64,000 bases of DNA from Nostoc sp. (GCA_036918135.1 JBALDB010000007.1:224001-288000); one strand, 5' to 3'; numbered from the stretch's first letter, positions 1 through 10,653 are shown. Notes: generated by a model not told the origin, from the sequence alone. Made by a program: numbers and translations.

Positions 1-322
1 CCATTTGCATAATTTGCTGCAAAGTTTCTGCCCATGCTGGCAATGGTGCTTGCTGATTCCAGTCGATGCTTCCCAAGCGAGGGCGAATGGTATCAAGGTC
101 TAAGCTTTGCCATTGTAAGCGTTTATGTAAAGTGTTCCAGTCGCCTACGATTTGACACCAGCGATCGAGCCGAAGCTGAATTTCTCTTTCATTAACCGAA
201 TTAATGTCAATTACAAATCGTTCTGTATCGAGGCGTTCCCAGAAAAAACTGGCGTTGGCAACGATAGTTGTTAATGCTTTAGAGGATGAGATATCTCGTT
301 TGGCGATGACTGGATTTTTCAT
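1..322 (-). CDS. lanM: Type 2 lanthipeptide synthetase LanM, N-terminal part (runs off the left edge)
   Basis: Not in the ORF track; translated by hand from ATG at 322 with no stop to position 1: MKNPVIAKRDISSSKALTTIVANASFFWERL...RLDRWCQIVGDWNTLHKRLQWQSLDLDTIRPRL...PLPAWAETLQQIM. This resembles the N-terminal extension of cyanobacterial LanM enzymes, and it lies directly downstream of two Nif11-type precursors. Confidence 0.8.
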   Translation of the reverse strand, partial: MKNPVIAKRDISSSKALTTIVANASFFWERLDTERFVIDINSVNEREIQLRLDRWCQIVGDWNTLHKRLQWQSLDLDTIRPRLGSIDWNQQAPLPAWAETLQQIMQM

Positions 323-464
323 AATGCTGGCTTGACAAGAGCAGAAAAGCAGAGGTGTGGAAGTGCAGAGGAGCAGAGGGATAGGAGTTAGTTTATTTCT
401 TCCCCTTCCCCTTCTCCTTACATCTAATCTCAATCAATAATATTGTTAGCTAAGTGCTGAAATA

Positions 465-752
465 TCAACATTGACCATTACCCTTGGGACAATCGGTACA
501 ACATGACATGTGGCTGTGACCAGTGTTAGCCATCCCTCCACTAACGCTCAGTAATTCTTCTTCACTCAGTTCGCCGAATTCCATAGATGTTAACTCATTC
601 AGTACTTGAGACACGCTTTCGACTGTAAAGTTATAACCTTTTTCTGCACTGGCAACTAACAGTAGTTTGATGGCTTCTGCTTCGTTAGCTGCTGCTGTTA
701 ATTTTTGTTGTAGTTGAGCGTTTTCAAGTAATTCTTTGATTTGTTGTAGCAT
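465..752 (-). CDS. Nif11-like leader RiPP precursor A1 (95 aa; core MANTGHSHMSCCTDCPKGNGQC)
   Basis: Nif11-type leader ending ELSEEELLSVSGG and a Ser/Thr/Cys-rich core. Start moved to ATG 752 by homology with the 1013-1303 copy and an upstream GAGGA. Confidence 0.92.
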   Translation of the reverse strand: MLQQIKELLENAQLQQKLTAAANEAEAIKLLLVASAEKGYNFTVESVSQVLNELTSMEFGELSEEELLSVSGGMANTGHSHMSCCTDCPKGNGQC

Positions 753-1012
753 TTCCGTATCCTCTGTTTTGTTTGACTTAGTGCAGAGTTGTGCTTGTTT
801 TGTGCGGTATTCTCTGCTTTGATGATTTGAATTTAGAAAGTAATAGGGTGAAACTAGGGGAGATAGTTGCAATTAGAGAAAATTTTTAGACAATTTAATT
901 GAAGCCTTGGGTACTAGGAAAATAGGAATTGGATTAGTTTTAAGTTCTCACTCTTTCCCTTCCCCTTACATCTAGTCTCAATGAATAATATTGTTGGCTA
1001 AGTGCCGAAATT

Positions 1013-1303
1013 TCAACACTGACCATTACCCTTGGGACAATCGGTACAACATGACATGTGGACGTGACCAGTGTTAGCCATCATCCCGCCGCTAACACTG
1101 AGTAATTCCTCTTCGCTGAGTTCGTTGGAATCTACAAAGGTCAACTCTGCTAACATTTGAGACAGGTTTTCGACTGTGAAGTTATAACCTTTTTCTGCAC
1201 TAGCGATCGCTACTAGTTTGATGGCTTCTGCTTGGGTAGCTGCTGCTGTTAATTTTTGTTGTAGTTGAGCGTTTTCAAGTAATTCTTTAATTTGTTGTAG
1301 CAT
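1013..1303 (-). CDS. Nif11-like leader RiPP precursor A2 (96 aa; core MMANTGHVHMSCCTDCPKGNGQC)
   Basis: Same leader motif, double-Gly cleavage site and Cys-rich core. Confidence 0.92.
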   Translation of the reverse strand: MLQQIKELLENAQLQQKLTAAATQAEAIKLVAIASAEKGYNFTVENLSQMLAELTFVDSNELSEEELLSVSGGMMANTGHVHMSCCTDCPKGNGQC

Positions 1304-1594
1304 TTCCGTATCCTCTGTTTTGTTTGACTTAGTGCAGAGTTGCGCTTGTTTTGTGCGGTCTTCTCTGCTTTGATGATTTGAATTTAGAGAGTAATAGGGG
1401 AGAACTAGGGGAAATACTTACAACTAGAGAAAAATTTTTTAGAACCCCGCTTCCATTCCTCTCTCAGATGTTGCACCATTCTCAAGAAGACGTATTTTAG
1501 GCATTTTGGCGATCGCATCGCCCCGCCCAAAATTCGAGTTAACAGAAAAAGTCCACGCAAGCGTGGACTCTTGCTTGAGCCAACTGAGCAAAGT

Positions 1595-1652
1595 TTCAGT
1601 CCGTTGAAACGGACTTCGTTCTGTTAGCCCGTAATTCATTGCAGGGCGGGCT
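1595..1652. repeat. REP-like dispersed palindromic element
   Basis: AGTCCGTTGAAACGGACT hairpin followed by an AGCCCG...CGGGCT hairpin, as in Nostocales dispersed repeats. Confidence 0.6.
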
Positions 1653-2500
1653 GATGCCAGAGGTGCAAGATTTCAGGATATGGCAGTGAAACTATTCTTA
1701 ATAGATTAGCTGTTAATAAATGTTAAAGTATGAATTTTATGTATTGACAAATTTACTTTATTGTATATATTCAATATTTTTGCGATCGGAATACGATCCT
1801 TATGTATTTTACTTTGGACGAAAAGTGGGAGAATGTCTCCTAAGAAATAGTACTTACAAATAATGATAATCACTATGATACCAGTCACGAATAGGTTACA
1901 TGCGCTTGGCTTCTAGAGCGCACTGGAGCCAAAAAACTCCTCAACCGAGTTTCATTATATGGACAGTCGCACCAATCGCTTACATACGATTTAGATGGAT
2001 GGTAGGGATCGAGGAGAAGACTTTATGCGTTAGGTGATGGATGTGTAACGGTGGATTGTTGAGGTCGTCAAGAAACCTTTTGCTATTTCTGGATAAGTTT
2101 TAATAACACAAATGTGTAATTAATCAGGAGAACATTCTCACGACTTGTGGATCTTAGCACCTGCTACCGTAGAGGCTTCTTTTAGAGGTTTAGACGATAC
2201 AGGGAGGCACGATCCGGAGGAAATAAGTGATGGAGAGGATGATGATGATGATGCTCCTACTTGGTTCTAATTCATCTGGACTACCGTCTTTTTCTCGTTC
2301 GTCGTGGTTTTGTGTCGTGTTGCGTGTTTGACGGCGACGACGCAAAATAAGTTCAATTAAAGTCAACGACTCTCTCAACAAAGCCGTTGACATTAATTTT
2401 GTATTGAGCAGCCCCACAAGAAATATATAATTTCAGATTATCCAAGCTAGATACGGTTTATCTTGTTTTTGTATCAGACAGAGAAAGACCTCTAGTGTGA

Positions 2501-3463
2501 CTACGCTGGCATCAATTGCTGGATGCGCTGTGGTTCTTCTCCTAGCCAATCTGGATTTTGGGCAGTGCTGTCGAAAATTGATGAAGTTTTAAATGGCTCA
2601 AACTCTCCGCGTGATGCTGCTTGTGCCGTTTTTGCTAAGAGCGATCGCACTTGCTGTTCGTTCATTGGCTGGAATGTTTGCACTGCTGTAAAGGCTTGCT
2701 CTAAAATCTCCATGCTGTCAATTCCGGTAATTACAACCGATGTTGGCAGATTCAGAGCATACTGTAAACATTCAATTGCCGTTACAGTATTGGAGCGCAA
2801 AAGTATACCGTTTGCTAAACTTTTCATTCCCAGAACGCCGATATTTTGTTTAACCAGTTCTGGCACAACTAGTTTCTCAAAGCTGCGGTAATGTGCATCC
2901 ATTACATTTAGTGGCATCTGCACTGAATCAAATTTAAACTCCTGACTGGCTGCAACTTCCAACATGTGGAGATGCACATGAGGGTCTTTGTGTCCGGTGA
3001 AGCCAATATATCGCAGTTTGCCAGCTTCCCGTGCTTCAATAAAGGCAGCATTCGCCCCTTCTGGGTCGAAAACTCGATGCGGATCTTCGTAGCGAATAAT
3101 TTCGTGGTGCTGAACGAGATCGATACAATCTACTTGCAAACGTCGAAGTGATTCGTCTATCTGTTTTGCTGCTGCTTTCTTAGAGCGACCATCAATTTTG
3201 GTCATCAGAAATACTTTGTCTCGGTAGCCATCGCGTAGTGCTTTCCCCATGCGAATTTCGCTGACTCCGTCGTTGTAATCCCAACTATTATCCAAAAAAG
3301 TAATGCCGCGATCGATTGCTGTGCGAACAATCCGGATACCCAGTTGCTCATCAACGTTCTTCAAACCGATGTGCCAACCACCAAGTCCGATGGCAGAAAC
3401 TTTCTCTCCTGTACTACCAAGAACTCGATACAGCATTTCTGAATTTGACGTAGTTCCGGACAT
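2501..3463 (-). CDS. Aldo/keto reductase
   Basis: LGSTGEKVSAIGLGG, DNSWDY, FLMTK and ESLRRLQVDCIDL motifs. Confidence 0.93.
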   Translation of the reverse strand: MSGTTSNSEMLYRVLGSTGEKVSAIGLGGWHIGLKNVDEQLGIRIVRTAIDRGITFLDNSWDYNDGVSEIRMGKALRDGYRDKVFLMTKIDGRSKKAAAKQIDESLRRLQVDCIDLVQHHEIIRYEDPHRVFDPEGANAAFIEAREAGKLRYIGFTGHKDPHVHLHMLEVAASQEFKFDSVQMPLNVMDAHYRSFEKLVVPELVKQNIGVLGMKSLANGILLRSNTVTAIECLQYALNLPTSVVITGIDSMEILEQAFTAVQTFQPMNEQQVRSLLAKTAQAASRGEFEPFKTSSIFDSTAQNPDWLGEEPQRIQQLMPA

Positions 3464-3751
3464 CTGTTCTCCTTGTATATCAGCTACTACTTTAGTGCAT
3501 ACAGCTGCGTTGCTAATTTAAATATCAAGAAAATCTCACAAAATCTTTCTTGAGATACACTTTTCAACTCAACGAGGCAGGATTTTCATTGGTAGTTAGT
3601 ATTTCTTCCTGACTCTGCATTGCCTGGTTTTTTGAAAGTTAAAAAAATTAGCAAATTACGAATGATAACTGACAACAAACGCGAACTTTGTCACAATGAG
3701 TTCGTCGATAATTGTTATTAGTTAAGAAAGCAAATTTGAAGGAGTCGGACT

Positions 3752-4474
3752 CTGAAAGACTTTGAATTCAAAGGTGTTGAAAAACTTATTGGGCCAATAG
3801 CGGCGCTTCTTGGGTTTGTCTGTTTGTTGCAGTGGTATATTCAAGGAGAATTGCGATCGCCCTCCGATCCAATCTTTGAAGTTAGACAGCCACCTTTGGT
3901 GATGAAGCAGGGTGACCCTTACATCCGCGCTTTAATGCGAACTATCTCCGCAAGTGAGGCAAATAGTAACCGTCCATATTCTCTGTTGTATGGTGGACAA
4001 CAAGTTAGCGACCTCAGCCGACATCCTGAGATATGTGTCGCAATTCTCACAGGCCCTAACATAGGTAATTGTTCCACTGCTGCTGGTAGATATCAAATAA
4101 TTAATACTACCTGGTATCGTATAGCTCCTCGTTATCACCCGAACCCAATGCGGTTGATGTTTTGGGTTAATTATAGTTTTGAACCAGAGTATCAAGACAT
4201 AGTAGTTTACCGTTGGTTAGATGATTCAAAAGTTTGGGGAACTAATATTTCTCAACTCTTGCGTCAGGGAAAATTAAATGATGTTTTGCGCCGACTTTCT
4301 CCTACTTGGACAAGTTTAGGATATGGCATAGAAACTAACTCTATTAGTAGCTCTTTGCCTAAAATTTATCAGAAAATGTTGCAAGAGGAATTAAATGCAG
4401 CAAAGCAACCACCAACCCCAAATTTGAGTTCATCTCCAACTCCTTCTAATAAACAAAAGCAGCCAAAAAAGTAG
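3752..4474 (+). CDS. Membrane-anchored lambda-lysozyme-like muramidase (GH24/GH104 type); probable CTG start
   Basis: RALMRTISASE, STAAGRYQII and LSPTWTSL motifs. An in-frame CTG at 3752 follows AAGGAG and adds a hydrophobic N-terminal segment. Confidence 0.8.
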   Translation: MKDFEFKGVEKLIGPIAALLGFVCLLQWYIQGELRSPSDPIFEVRQPPLVMKQGDPYIRALMRTISASEANSNRPYSLLYGGQQVSDLSRHPEICVAILTGPNIGNCSTAAGRYQIINTTWYRIAPRYHPNPMRLMFWVNYSFEPEYQDIVVYRWLDDSKVWGTNISQLLRQGKLNDVLRRLSPTWTSLGYGIETNSISSSLPKIYQKMLQEELNAAKQPPTPNLSSSPTPSNKQKQPKK

Positions 4475-4487
4475 CAAAGTACCATCT

Positions 4488-4620
4488 TATAGCAATACTT
4501 GAATCATTAGTGAATGACAAGATTCGTAACCTTCTAAAAAGTTGCTTTCTGTGAGTGTTAAGCGCTTATCAAGTATCTAACACTCACAGTTTGCTAAACC
4601 ATGATTTTGTAGTTGTAATA
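4488..4620. repeat. Degenerate MITE-like element with a 12-bp internal inverted repeat (possible terminator of the muramidase gene)
   Basis: TATAGCAAT left end; CTGTGAGTGTTA (4549-4560) pairs with TAACACTCACAG (4578-4589). Confidence 0.5.
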
Positions 4621-5793
4621 TAACTTAACTTTGTTTTCTGCGATCGCCTGTAGCTGATTTAGATAATCAGGCTTATTGAGTAATCAAAATATCTTCTTTC
4701 TCCGTAGTTAATTAAACCTTTGTTATATTTAAAACATTAAATACCAGGACAAACAATAATAGTATTAAATTCTAAAATACTAGGCATGTGTAAGTCAATT
4801 GACTTTTAGTTTCAACTATTTCTCATAAAATTTTATGAAGAGTTAGTTACAATTCACGGTGTACAACTTTGACAACTGTCCACAAAAGTGTTGCACGTCT
4901 CAAGCTCATGATAATATTATTTTACAGTCGAGAGATATTATTTTATACATTGAGTTAAACCATGCTGAAACAGCTAGTCAGGTGTGCTACTTCCAAAAAA
5001 ACAAAACATTATTTAATCTCTCACCAGAATCAGTAAAAACCATACTGTACAAAGTACAGAGCTTTTATAATTCTGGTTATAGAAGCTATTAATTAGCTAA
5101 AAAAGCTCTTTTTTAGTAAACATTCTGAATAGGAAGGTAATTTAAAAACCTTCTTAACAATGGCAAAAAATTAGCTCTTTGATATAAAAAAATTGACAAT
5201 ATGTCAGTTGTTTTTCGTATATCTAAAAATATCGAAAAGCAGATTTTGTCTTGTCAAAAAACTTTAATATTGTGTGTTTTCCTTAGATGATGTTTGTGTC
5301 TATTCACGTGGAGTTATCTATATAAAATCATCCTATTTAATTTATGAAAACCTAGCTAACCTTTGATTGTACTGATTTGAGATTTGAGATTAAATCACAC
5401 CCCTAATGGGTAGAACAAATCCTTTCATCCCAAATTTCAAATCATCACTAGATGACTCACTAACGCTACGCTATCAAGTCCCATACCTTGTGGTCTATTG
5501 GAATCCAAAAGACGCTTGGGGACTTGCTAATGCTACGCGGCAATTTTGTCTTGAGAAGCTTTAATGCCTTCTGTTGTCTACCAGACCTTACCGTAGCTTG
5601 CTTCTTTGTAGGAGTAAGGCAAGCGCCTTTGGCTCTACGTAGGAAATCTGCGCTCAAACCTTTCGCCAAATCCGAATTAATTGACCAGATGAAGCAAACA
5701 CTTAAATTTAGTAAATGATTTAACACTACTAAATCGATCTGATTTAATAACGACTTAATTATTGACAACGTAAGTAAAAGTAACAGGTAAAAC

Positions 5794-6435
5794 ATGAATA
5801 CTATTATTCGTTTGTTTGGAGCGTTTGTTTTCCAAGTGTCTGCGTTGGCTGCAATGTCTAATATTGCAATGTCTGATGACAAGCCTATACGTGTTAACAC
5901 TCAACAGACCCCTGTCGTTCCTCAACAGAAAATAACCCAGAGGATTTGCTCTCTAGACCCGATTGAAGATTTATTACCTCCACCACAAACCAAGGCAACT
6001 AATTCTTTGCTTTCTTACCTTGCTGAACAAGGTTTTACACAAAATAAAGAGGGTTCGTGGGTTTGTTATGCGAACGACCCTAAACAAGAAGGGCGTTACT
6101 TTACTATTTTTAAAGTTAAACAAGTTGATAACAGGCTCGTAGCAAGTTCTTTTTTAGATGAGGGTAGTCTGATTCAAGGTCAGGAAAATCGCAGCTTGGA
6201 CTTTTTTATGATGGTGATTGAGCATCACATGAATACTAGCCAAGAGAACCGTCAAGGTATACGTCGATATTTAGAAGCCTTCGTTTCCCTAGTCAAAGAA
6301 GGGAAGATTAAACCCACACGTCGTGGGTTTCTTTTTGACCAGCCAAACCGGGCATTAGTCTTGTATCACACACTCTCATCAGGAAATCTCAAAGGTACTG
6401 GAATCACAATCAATATTTATTTACCTAAGAGTTGA
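5794..6435 (+). CDS. Exported hypothetical protein
   Basis: 213-aa ORF with a signal-peptide-like N-terminus. Confidence 0.8.
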   Translation: MNTIIRLFGAFVFQVSALAAMSNIAMSDDKPIRVNTQQTPVVPQQKITQRICSLDPIEDLLPPPQTKATNSLLSYLAEQGFTQNKEGSWVCYANDPKQEGRYFTIFKVKQVDNRLVASSFLDEGSLIQGQENRSLDFFMMVIEHHMNTSQENRQGIRRYLEAFVSLVKEGKIKPTRRGFLFDQPNRALVLYHTLSSGNLKGTGITINIYLPKS

Positions 6436-6469
6436 AGTGAGGAGTGGGGACACTTCGTTGAGCTTCAGT

Positions 6470-6548
6470 GCATCGCTGGGGACTGGGGAAGAGTTTTCCT
6501 AACCTAATACCCAATCCCCAATACCTAATACCCAATACCCAATCCTCA
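6470..6548. repeat. STRR heptamer tandem repeats (CCCAATA/CCCAATC type)
   Basis: acctaatacccaatccccaatacctaatacccaatacccaatcc. Confidence 0.8.
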
Positions 6549-6565
6549 TTTAGTGGAGGTACATC

Positions 6566-7885
6566 TTGCCTAAATCAATTGTTCAAAAAATTGTGACGCT
6601 CAAAGCAGTTCACATCGCAACCATTGCATTTTCATCTGTTGCAGTAGCACTCGCTAACTGTCAGTCTGCTTCTGCACAGTTAAATATAGGCCGCTATGGT
6701 ATTCAACGAGGACTTGAGTCTGAGTATCTCCAGTACCAAATCAATAACCAGAATCTAAGTCAGATGCGAGTAATTCCTGCATGTAATGTGGGATTTGGTT
6801 TGACTTGCAATAAAACTGGAACGGTAATCCAGCGATTAGTTGACCTAAATGGTGGAACTAGTTATCAAAATCTACTGATACGAGCAGCTGGTGGGGAAAA
6901 AAACTTCCAGAATTTTGCCAGCTTTTACGGTAACAATCCCAATCTTTCTGCGGTACCTTTCGCCTCATTCTGGAAAAACCAATCCTCCACAATCATGGAT
7001 GGATCTCAATACCTTATGGGACAACCTTTAGGTCGTAACCCAGTAGAAGGACTCGGACTTGTAACCAAGCAGTTTTATTGGGCACCATACTCAGGAGTCA
7101 ATAACTCGCTTAGCCTCCGAAATGGATTACTAAACTTGAAATTGTCATACGGACGACTGCTGTTTGAGGAGGCCTCAAAAATTTCCAACATTAAGCAGCA
7201 GATTGAGTCTCTAGGGATGTCACCAGAAATGACAAAATTTTATTTAGATAAAATCTCTAGAGGCTTGGATGCGTTAAATTCTGGTAATGGGAACCAACTC
7301 CAAAACAGGATTTTTGAAGTACTATCATTTCCATACTCCGAAGACGGTGGGGAATTTGGACGCCCTAATAACGCGATTCCCGAAGAATTCAATCAGCTTT
7401 TAGGAGAAGATATCCCAGGAAATATTTTGCTGGGTGATAATCCAGTACCATTGGACGCAGAAGCAGTAAGCCTCGATACTTCCCCTGCTTCTGTAGGAGA
7501 TGTCATCGTACAAGACAATCCTAATTCCTTTCCACTCTGGCCAATAGTTGGAGTTGCGGGTCTTGGTTTAATTCTGCTTCTACTACTAGGTGGCGATAAT
7601 TCTTCAGGTCAGCCATCTATTTCTTCTACAAGTCCACCTTTGTCTCCCACCACCACAAGTCCACCTTTGTCTCTCACCAACAAAGGAGAATGCGACCTGA
7701 CTCCCAATAGTAACGGCTCCGATAGCACACAAATTATTGAAATTCCGTGTACTATCAATCCTCAAACCCCTACCGAAGTGAAGAAGGTAGTAGAGCCATC
7801 CACGATCAAAGCTTTTGTATTGCTAATCGTTTTATTATGGATAGTCGGTTATAAACAGCGAGCTTTAAAAATTCGTAATTCGTAA
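6566..7885 (+). CDS. Secreted protein with a PEP-CTERM-like (exosortase) C-terminal signal
   Basis: Signal peptide ending ASA-Q; C-terminus VVEPST, TM helix, then basic tail; extra internal TM (FPLWPIVGVAGLGLILLLLLGG). Confidence 0.72.
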   Translation: MPKSIVQKIVTLKAVHIATIAFSSVAVALANCQSASAQLNIGRYGIQRGLESEYLQYQINNQNLSQMRVIPACNVGFGLTCNKTGTVIQRLVDLNGGTSYQNLLIRAAGGEKNFQNFASFYGNNPNLSAVPFASFWKNQSSTIMDGSQYLMGQPLGRNPVEGLGLVTKQFYWAPYSGVNNSLSLRNGLLNLKLSYGRLLFEEASKISNIKQQIESLGMSPEMTKFYLDKISRGLDALNSGNGNQLQNRIFEVLSFPYSEDGGEFGRPNNAIPEEFNQLLGEDIPGNILLGDNPVPLDAEAVSLDTSPASVGDVIVQDNPNSFPLWPIVGVAGLGLILLLLLGGDNSSGQPSISSTSPPLSPTTTSPPLSLTNKGECDLTPNSNGSDSTQIIEIPCTINPQTPTEVKKVVEPSTIKAFVLLIVLLWIVGYKQRALKIRNS

Positions 7886-8011
7886 TTCTTACAGCAATTT
7901 TCTTTTATTTGAACTATATCTGTAGGGGCATGAATAATAGCGATCGCATTTCACTAACAGACTCAGTACAGCGTTCCTACTGAGTCTTTATCGCGATCGC
8001 TAGAAATATTT

Positions 8012-8800
8012 TTATTGTTGCGATGAAGGTTGCGCTCGCCTATTAACCTGCGGCCAATTCACTACATTCCACCAATTATTTAAATACTCAGGACGACGAT
8101 TGCGATATTTCAAGTAATAAGCATGTTCCCAGACATCATTGCCCAAAATCGGATATAAACCGTCCATAATCGGGTTATCCTGATTGGCTGTAGTTACAAT
8201 CTGAAGTTGATTTTGAGGGTTACGTACTAGCCAAACCCAGCCACTACCAAAGCGAGCTGCACCAGCTGCATTAAACTGTTTTTTAAAGGCATCAAAACTG
8301 CCAAAAGTTTGATTAATTTGTTGAGCGATCGCTCCCGATGGTTGTCCACCACCTTGGGGACTCATCAGTTGCCAAAAAATTGTATGATTGAGGTGACCAC
8401 CAGCGTTATTACGTACTTTTGTGCGAATATCTTCAGGTACGCTGTTTAAATCCAGCAGTAAACTTTCAACACTTCTTTTTTGCAAATTTGGATACTGCTT
8501 CAATGCATCATTTAAGTTGTTGACGTAGCTAGCATGGTGCGCGTCATGATGCAATTTCATTGTTTCAGTATCAATTGCTTTTGCTAGTGCCCCATAACCA
8601 TAAGGTAATGGTGGTAGTTGTGCGGGAGAAGCACTTAGCGCCCGATTTGGATAAGCTACAGAAAGAAGCGACCTATTAGTTGCTGATGTTGTTGAAGATT
8701 GTGCCTCAGCTATAGGTACTGGATTGTGAGAGATTAGCACCATTGTCAACACAATTGTTGTGAGAACAAAAATTATTGTTTCTCGCCAAAATTTTATCAT
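8012..8800 (-). CDS. sodA: Mn superoxide dismutase with N-terminal membrane anchor
   Basis: [32 protein letters not shown] and DVWEHAYY motifs; hydrophobic N-terminus. Confidence 0.93.
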   Translation of the reverse strand: MIKFWRETIIFVLTTIVLTMVLISHNPVPIAEAQSSTTSATNRSLLSVAYPNRALSASPAQLPPLPYGYGALAKAIDTETMKLHHDAHHASYVNNLNDALKQYPNLQKRSVESLLLDLNSVPEDIRTKVRNNAGGHLNHTIFWQLMSPQGGGQPSGAIAQQINQTFGSFDAFKKQFNAAGAARFGSGWVWLVRNPQNQLQIVTTANQDNPIMDGLYPILGNDVWEHAYYLKYRNRRPEYLNNWWNVVNWPQVNRRAQPSSQQ

Positions 8801-10091
8801 AAATTATTGCCTCAAAATGAATATTAGTAATTTGTAATCTAATGATTGAGTATTGTCTGACACCTCAATCAATCTAGATATTATGTCTTATACCATATCT
8901 GTCTAATTACTGGACAAAAAAATTTTCGTTTACCAATAAAGGTCGCATTGGTTAGAATCCAAAATATTGATAAAAATCAGCGTTCAATGACCTTTTTCTC
9001 TTATAAAAATTTAAGTTTATATATTAAAATTTTCTAAAATTATTTATTAACAATAAATTATAATTAAAATAATTTTATTGCTTCGTCTCAACTCTATTTA
9101 TATATAGGTAAAAAGCCAATTAAATTATTCACAATTAATAACTTAATTCTTAATTACAATTTATTCATAAGTTCTAGATTAAAATGTTACCTATCTTTTC
9201 AGGTAATTCACCCTCCAATACTCAATCAAATATAATTAATAATTGCTAAAGCAATTGAGCCACTTAAGGGACTCTAAAACCCCACCTTAAGCAAAAACTT
9301 TCTTGCAAATAAGCTGCTAATGTAAAATGATTGCATTCAAAATAAAAAAGAATAAGCTAAGGTTAAGGTAAACAAACTTAATGTTGGCGGAAAAATAGCA
9401 TTTAATTCTGAAAACAACGGCAGCGATCGCCGCTTTTTTAAAGCATCAATTACTATACTAAAAGTAATCTAAAAATAATCGAAAAACTGATATTGGTAAT
9501 TAACCAACTCAGGAGAATCTCAAGTATGATTATTTTTAAAATTATTTTTATGAATTCATCAACCCACTCTATCCTAAATTTGAGTAATAAATATTACTTT
9601 TAATTTACGTACTTCCAATGTAGAGCAAATTTATGAATTTTATCCATAATTATAACATAATAATACTAATTAATTAGGTTAATTTATAACTTCTTCCCTG
9701 AGATATATAACTAGAAATAATAAGCAAAACTCTTGACAGATATAGCTAAATTTTTATTTTGCTAAACATATAATTAAAACCTAGTAAATATAAAATTTTA
9801 ACTTTCACCTAATGTACTCAAAACTCTTTATTAATTTTCAGTTAATTAAAATACAAGTGAATAAGCCTAATCCATCAATACACTTGCTTACCTACTTTTT
9901 TGATATATAAGTAATTTAATAGGGATAATATGGAGGATGTTTGAAATAAGAATTTAGAAATAACTCTGAGCGTTAGCTACCCTGGGGTAATGCCTAAATG
10001 CGAATAGGGGCAGGTGCGGACTCGTGTAGGTATTGAAGTTTCAAAGAGTTAGAATTTTCCAAAATGAAAGCACTAAACGCCATAGTAAAAG

Positions 10092-10490
10092 ATGAAGAAT
10101 ATGTATGATAATCAAATTCTGCAAACAACTGTAGCAGCTAATAAAAATTTACATCAAGTAATTCCTAGTGAAATAAAAAAACAGCAAACGCCAACAAAAG
10201 AGTTGACTATCCCAGATTTAGCTATATCTTTATCACCCCTTGGATTTATTGTCGGCTGGGTAGTTTTTCTGACGATGCTACAAAAAATCCAGTCACTCTT
10301 AAATTCTAAAGTAGCATTTCCCATCACTATTTCACACAAAGTTCCTTGTAAAAATTGTCGATTTTATTCAAATAATAATTATCTAAAATGTGCAGTCAAC
10401 CCTTCTATTGTTCTCACTGAAGAAGCGATGAACTGTTCTGAATATTCCCCAAATAAAAGAAAATTTTCGCCAAAAAAACTCTTGAAGTAG
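10092..10490 (+). CDS. Conserved cyanobacterial membrane protein with Cys cluster (PCxxCxF...LKCAVNP...C)
   Basis: One TM helix followed by a four-Cys motif. Confidence 0.75.
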   Translation: MKNMYDNQILQTTVAANKNLHQVIPSEIKKQQTPTKELTIPDLAISLSPLGFIVGWVVFLTMLQKIQSLLNSKVAFPITISHKVPCKNCRFYSNNNYLKCAVNPSIVLTEEAMNCSEYSPNKRKFSPKKLLK

Positions 10491-10547
10491 AAGAATATTT
10501 ACAGTGAAATGATGTTAGTTTTCTTCTATGAGTTTTTAAATACTAAT

Positions 10548-10585
10548 AGACCTGGTTTGGAATTAGATTTTCCAAGCAGGTCTAA
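10548..10585. terminator. Inverted repeat between convergent genes
   Basis: TAGACCTGGTTTGGAA...TTCCAAGCAGGTCTA. Confidence 0.55.
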
Positions 10586-10653
10586 TGTGTTTCTTTGATG
10601 TGTTGCGGGAGCAAAAAACGCGCCCTTTGTTTGGGCGCTTATACTGATAATGC

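Larger units (their letters stand above)
408..1443. repeat. Tandem duplication of the precursor gene with flanks (about 408-890 and 958-1443)
   Basis: About 140 bp upstream, the CDS and about 55 bp downstream are near-identical in both copies. Confidence 0.92.

Noticed and set aside
753..872. 40-aa N-terminal extension of precursor A1 in the ORF track
   Set aside because: It is duplicated non-coding upstream DNA; the paralog and the RBS support ATG 752.
5466..5900. Opposing ORFs 5466-5900 (-) and 5488-5718 (+)
   Set aside because: They cross dispersed-repeat sequence, show no recognisable motifs, and the first overlaps a better ORF.
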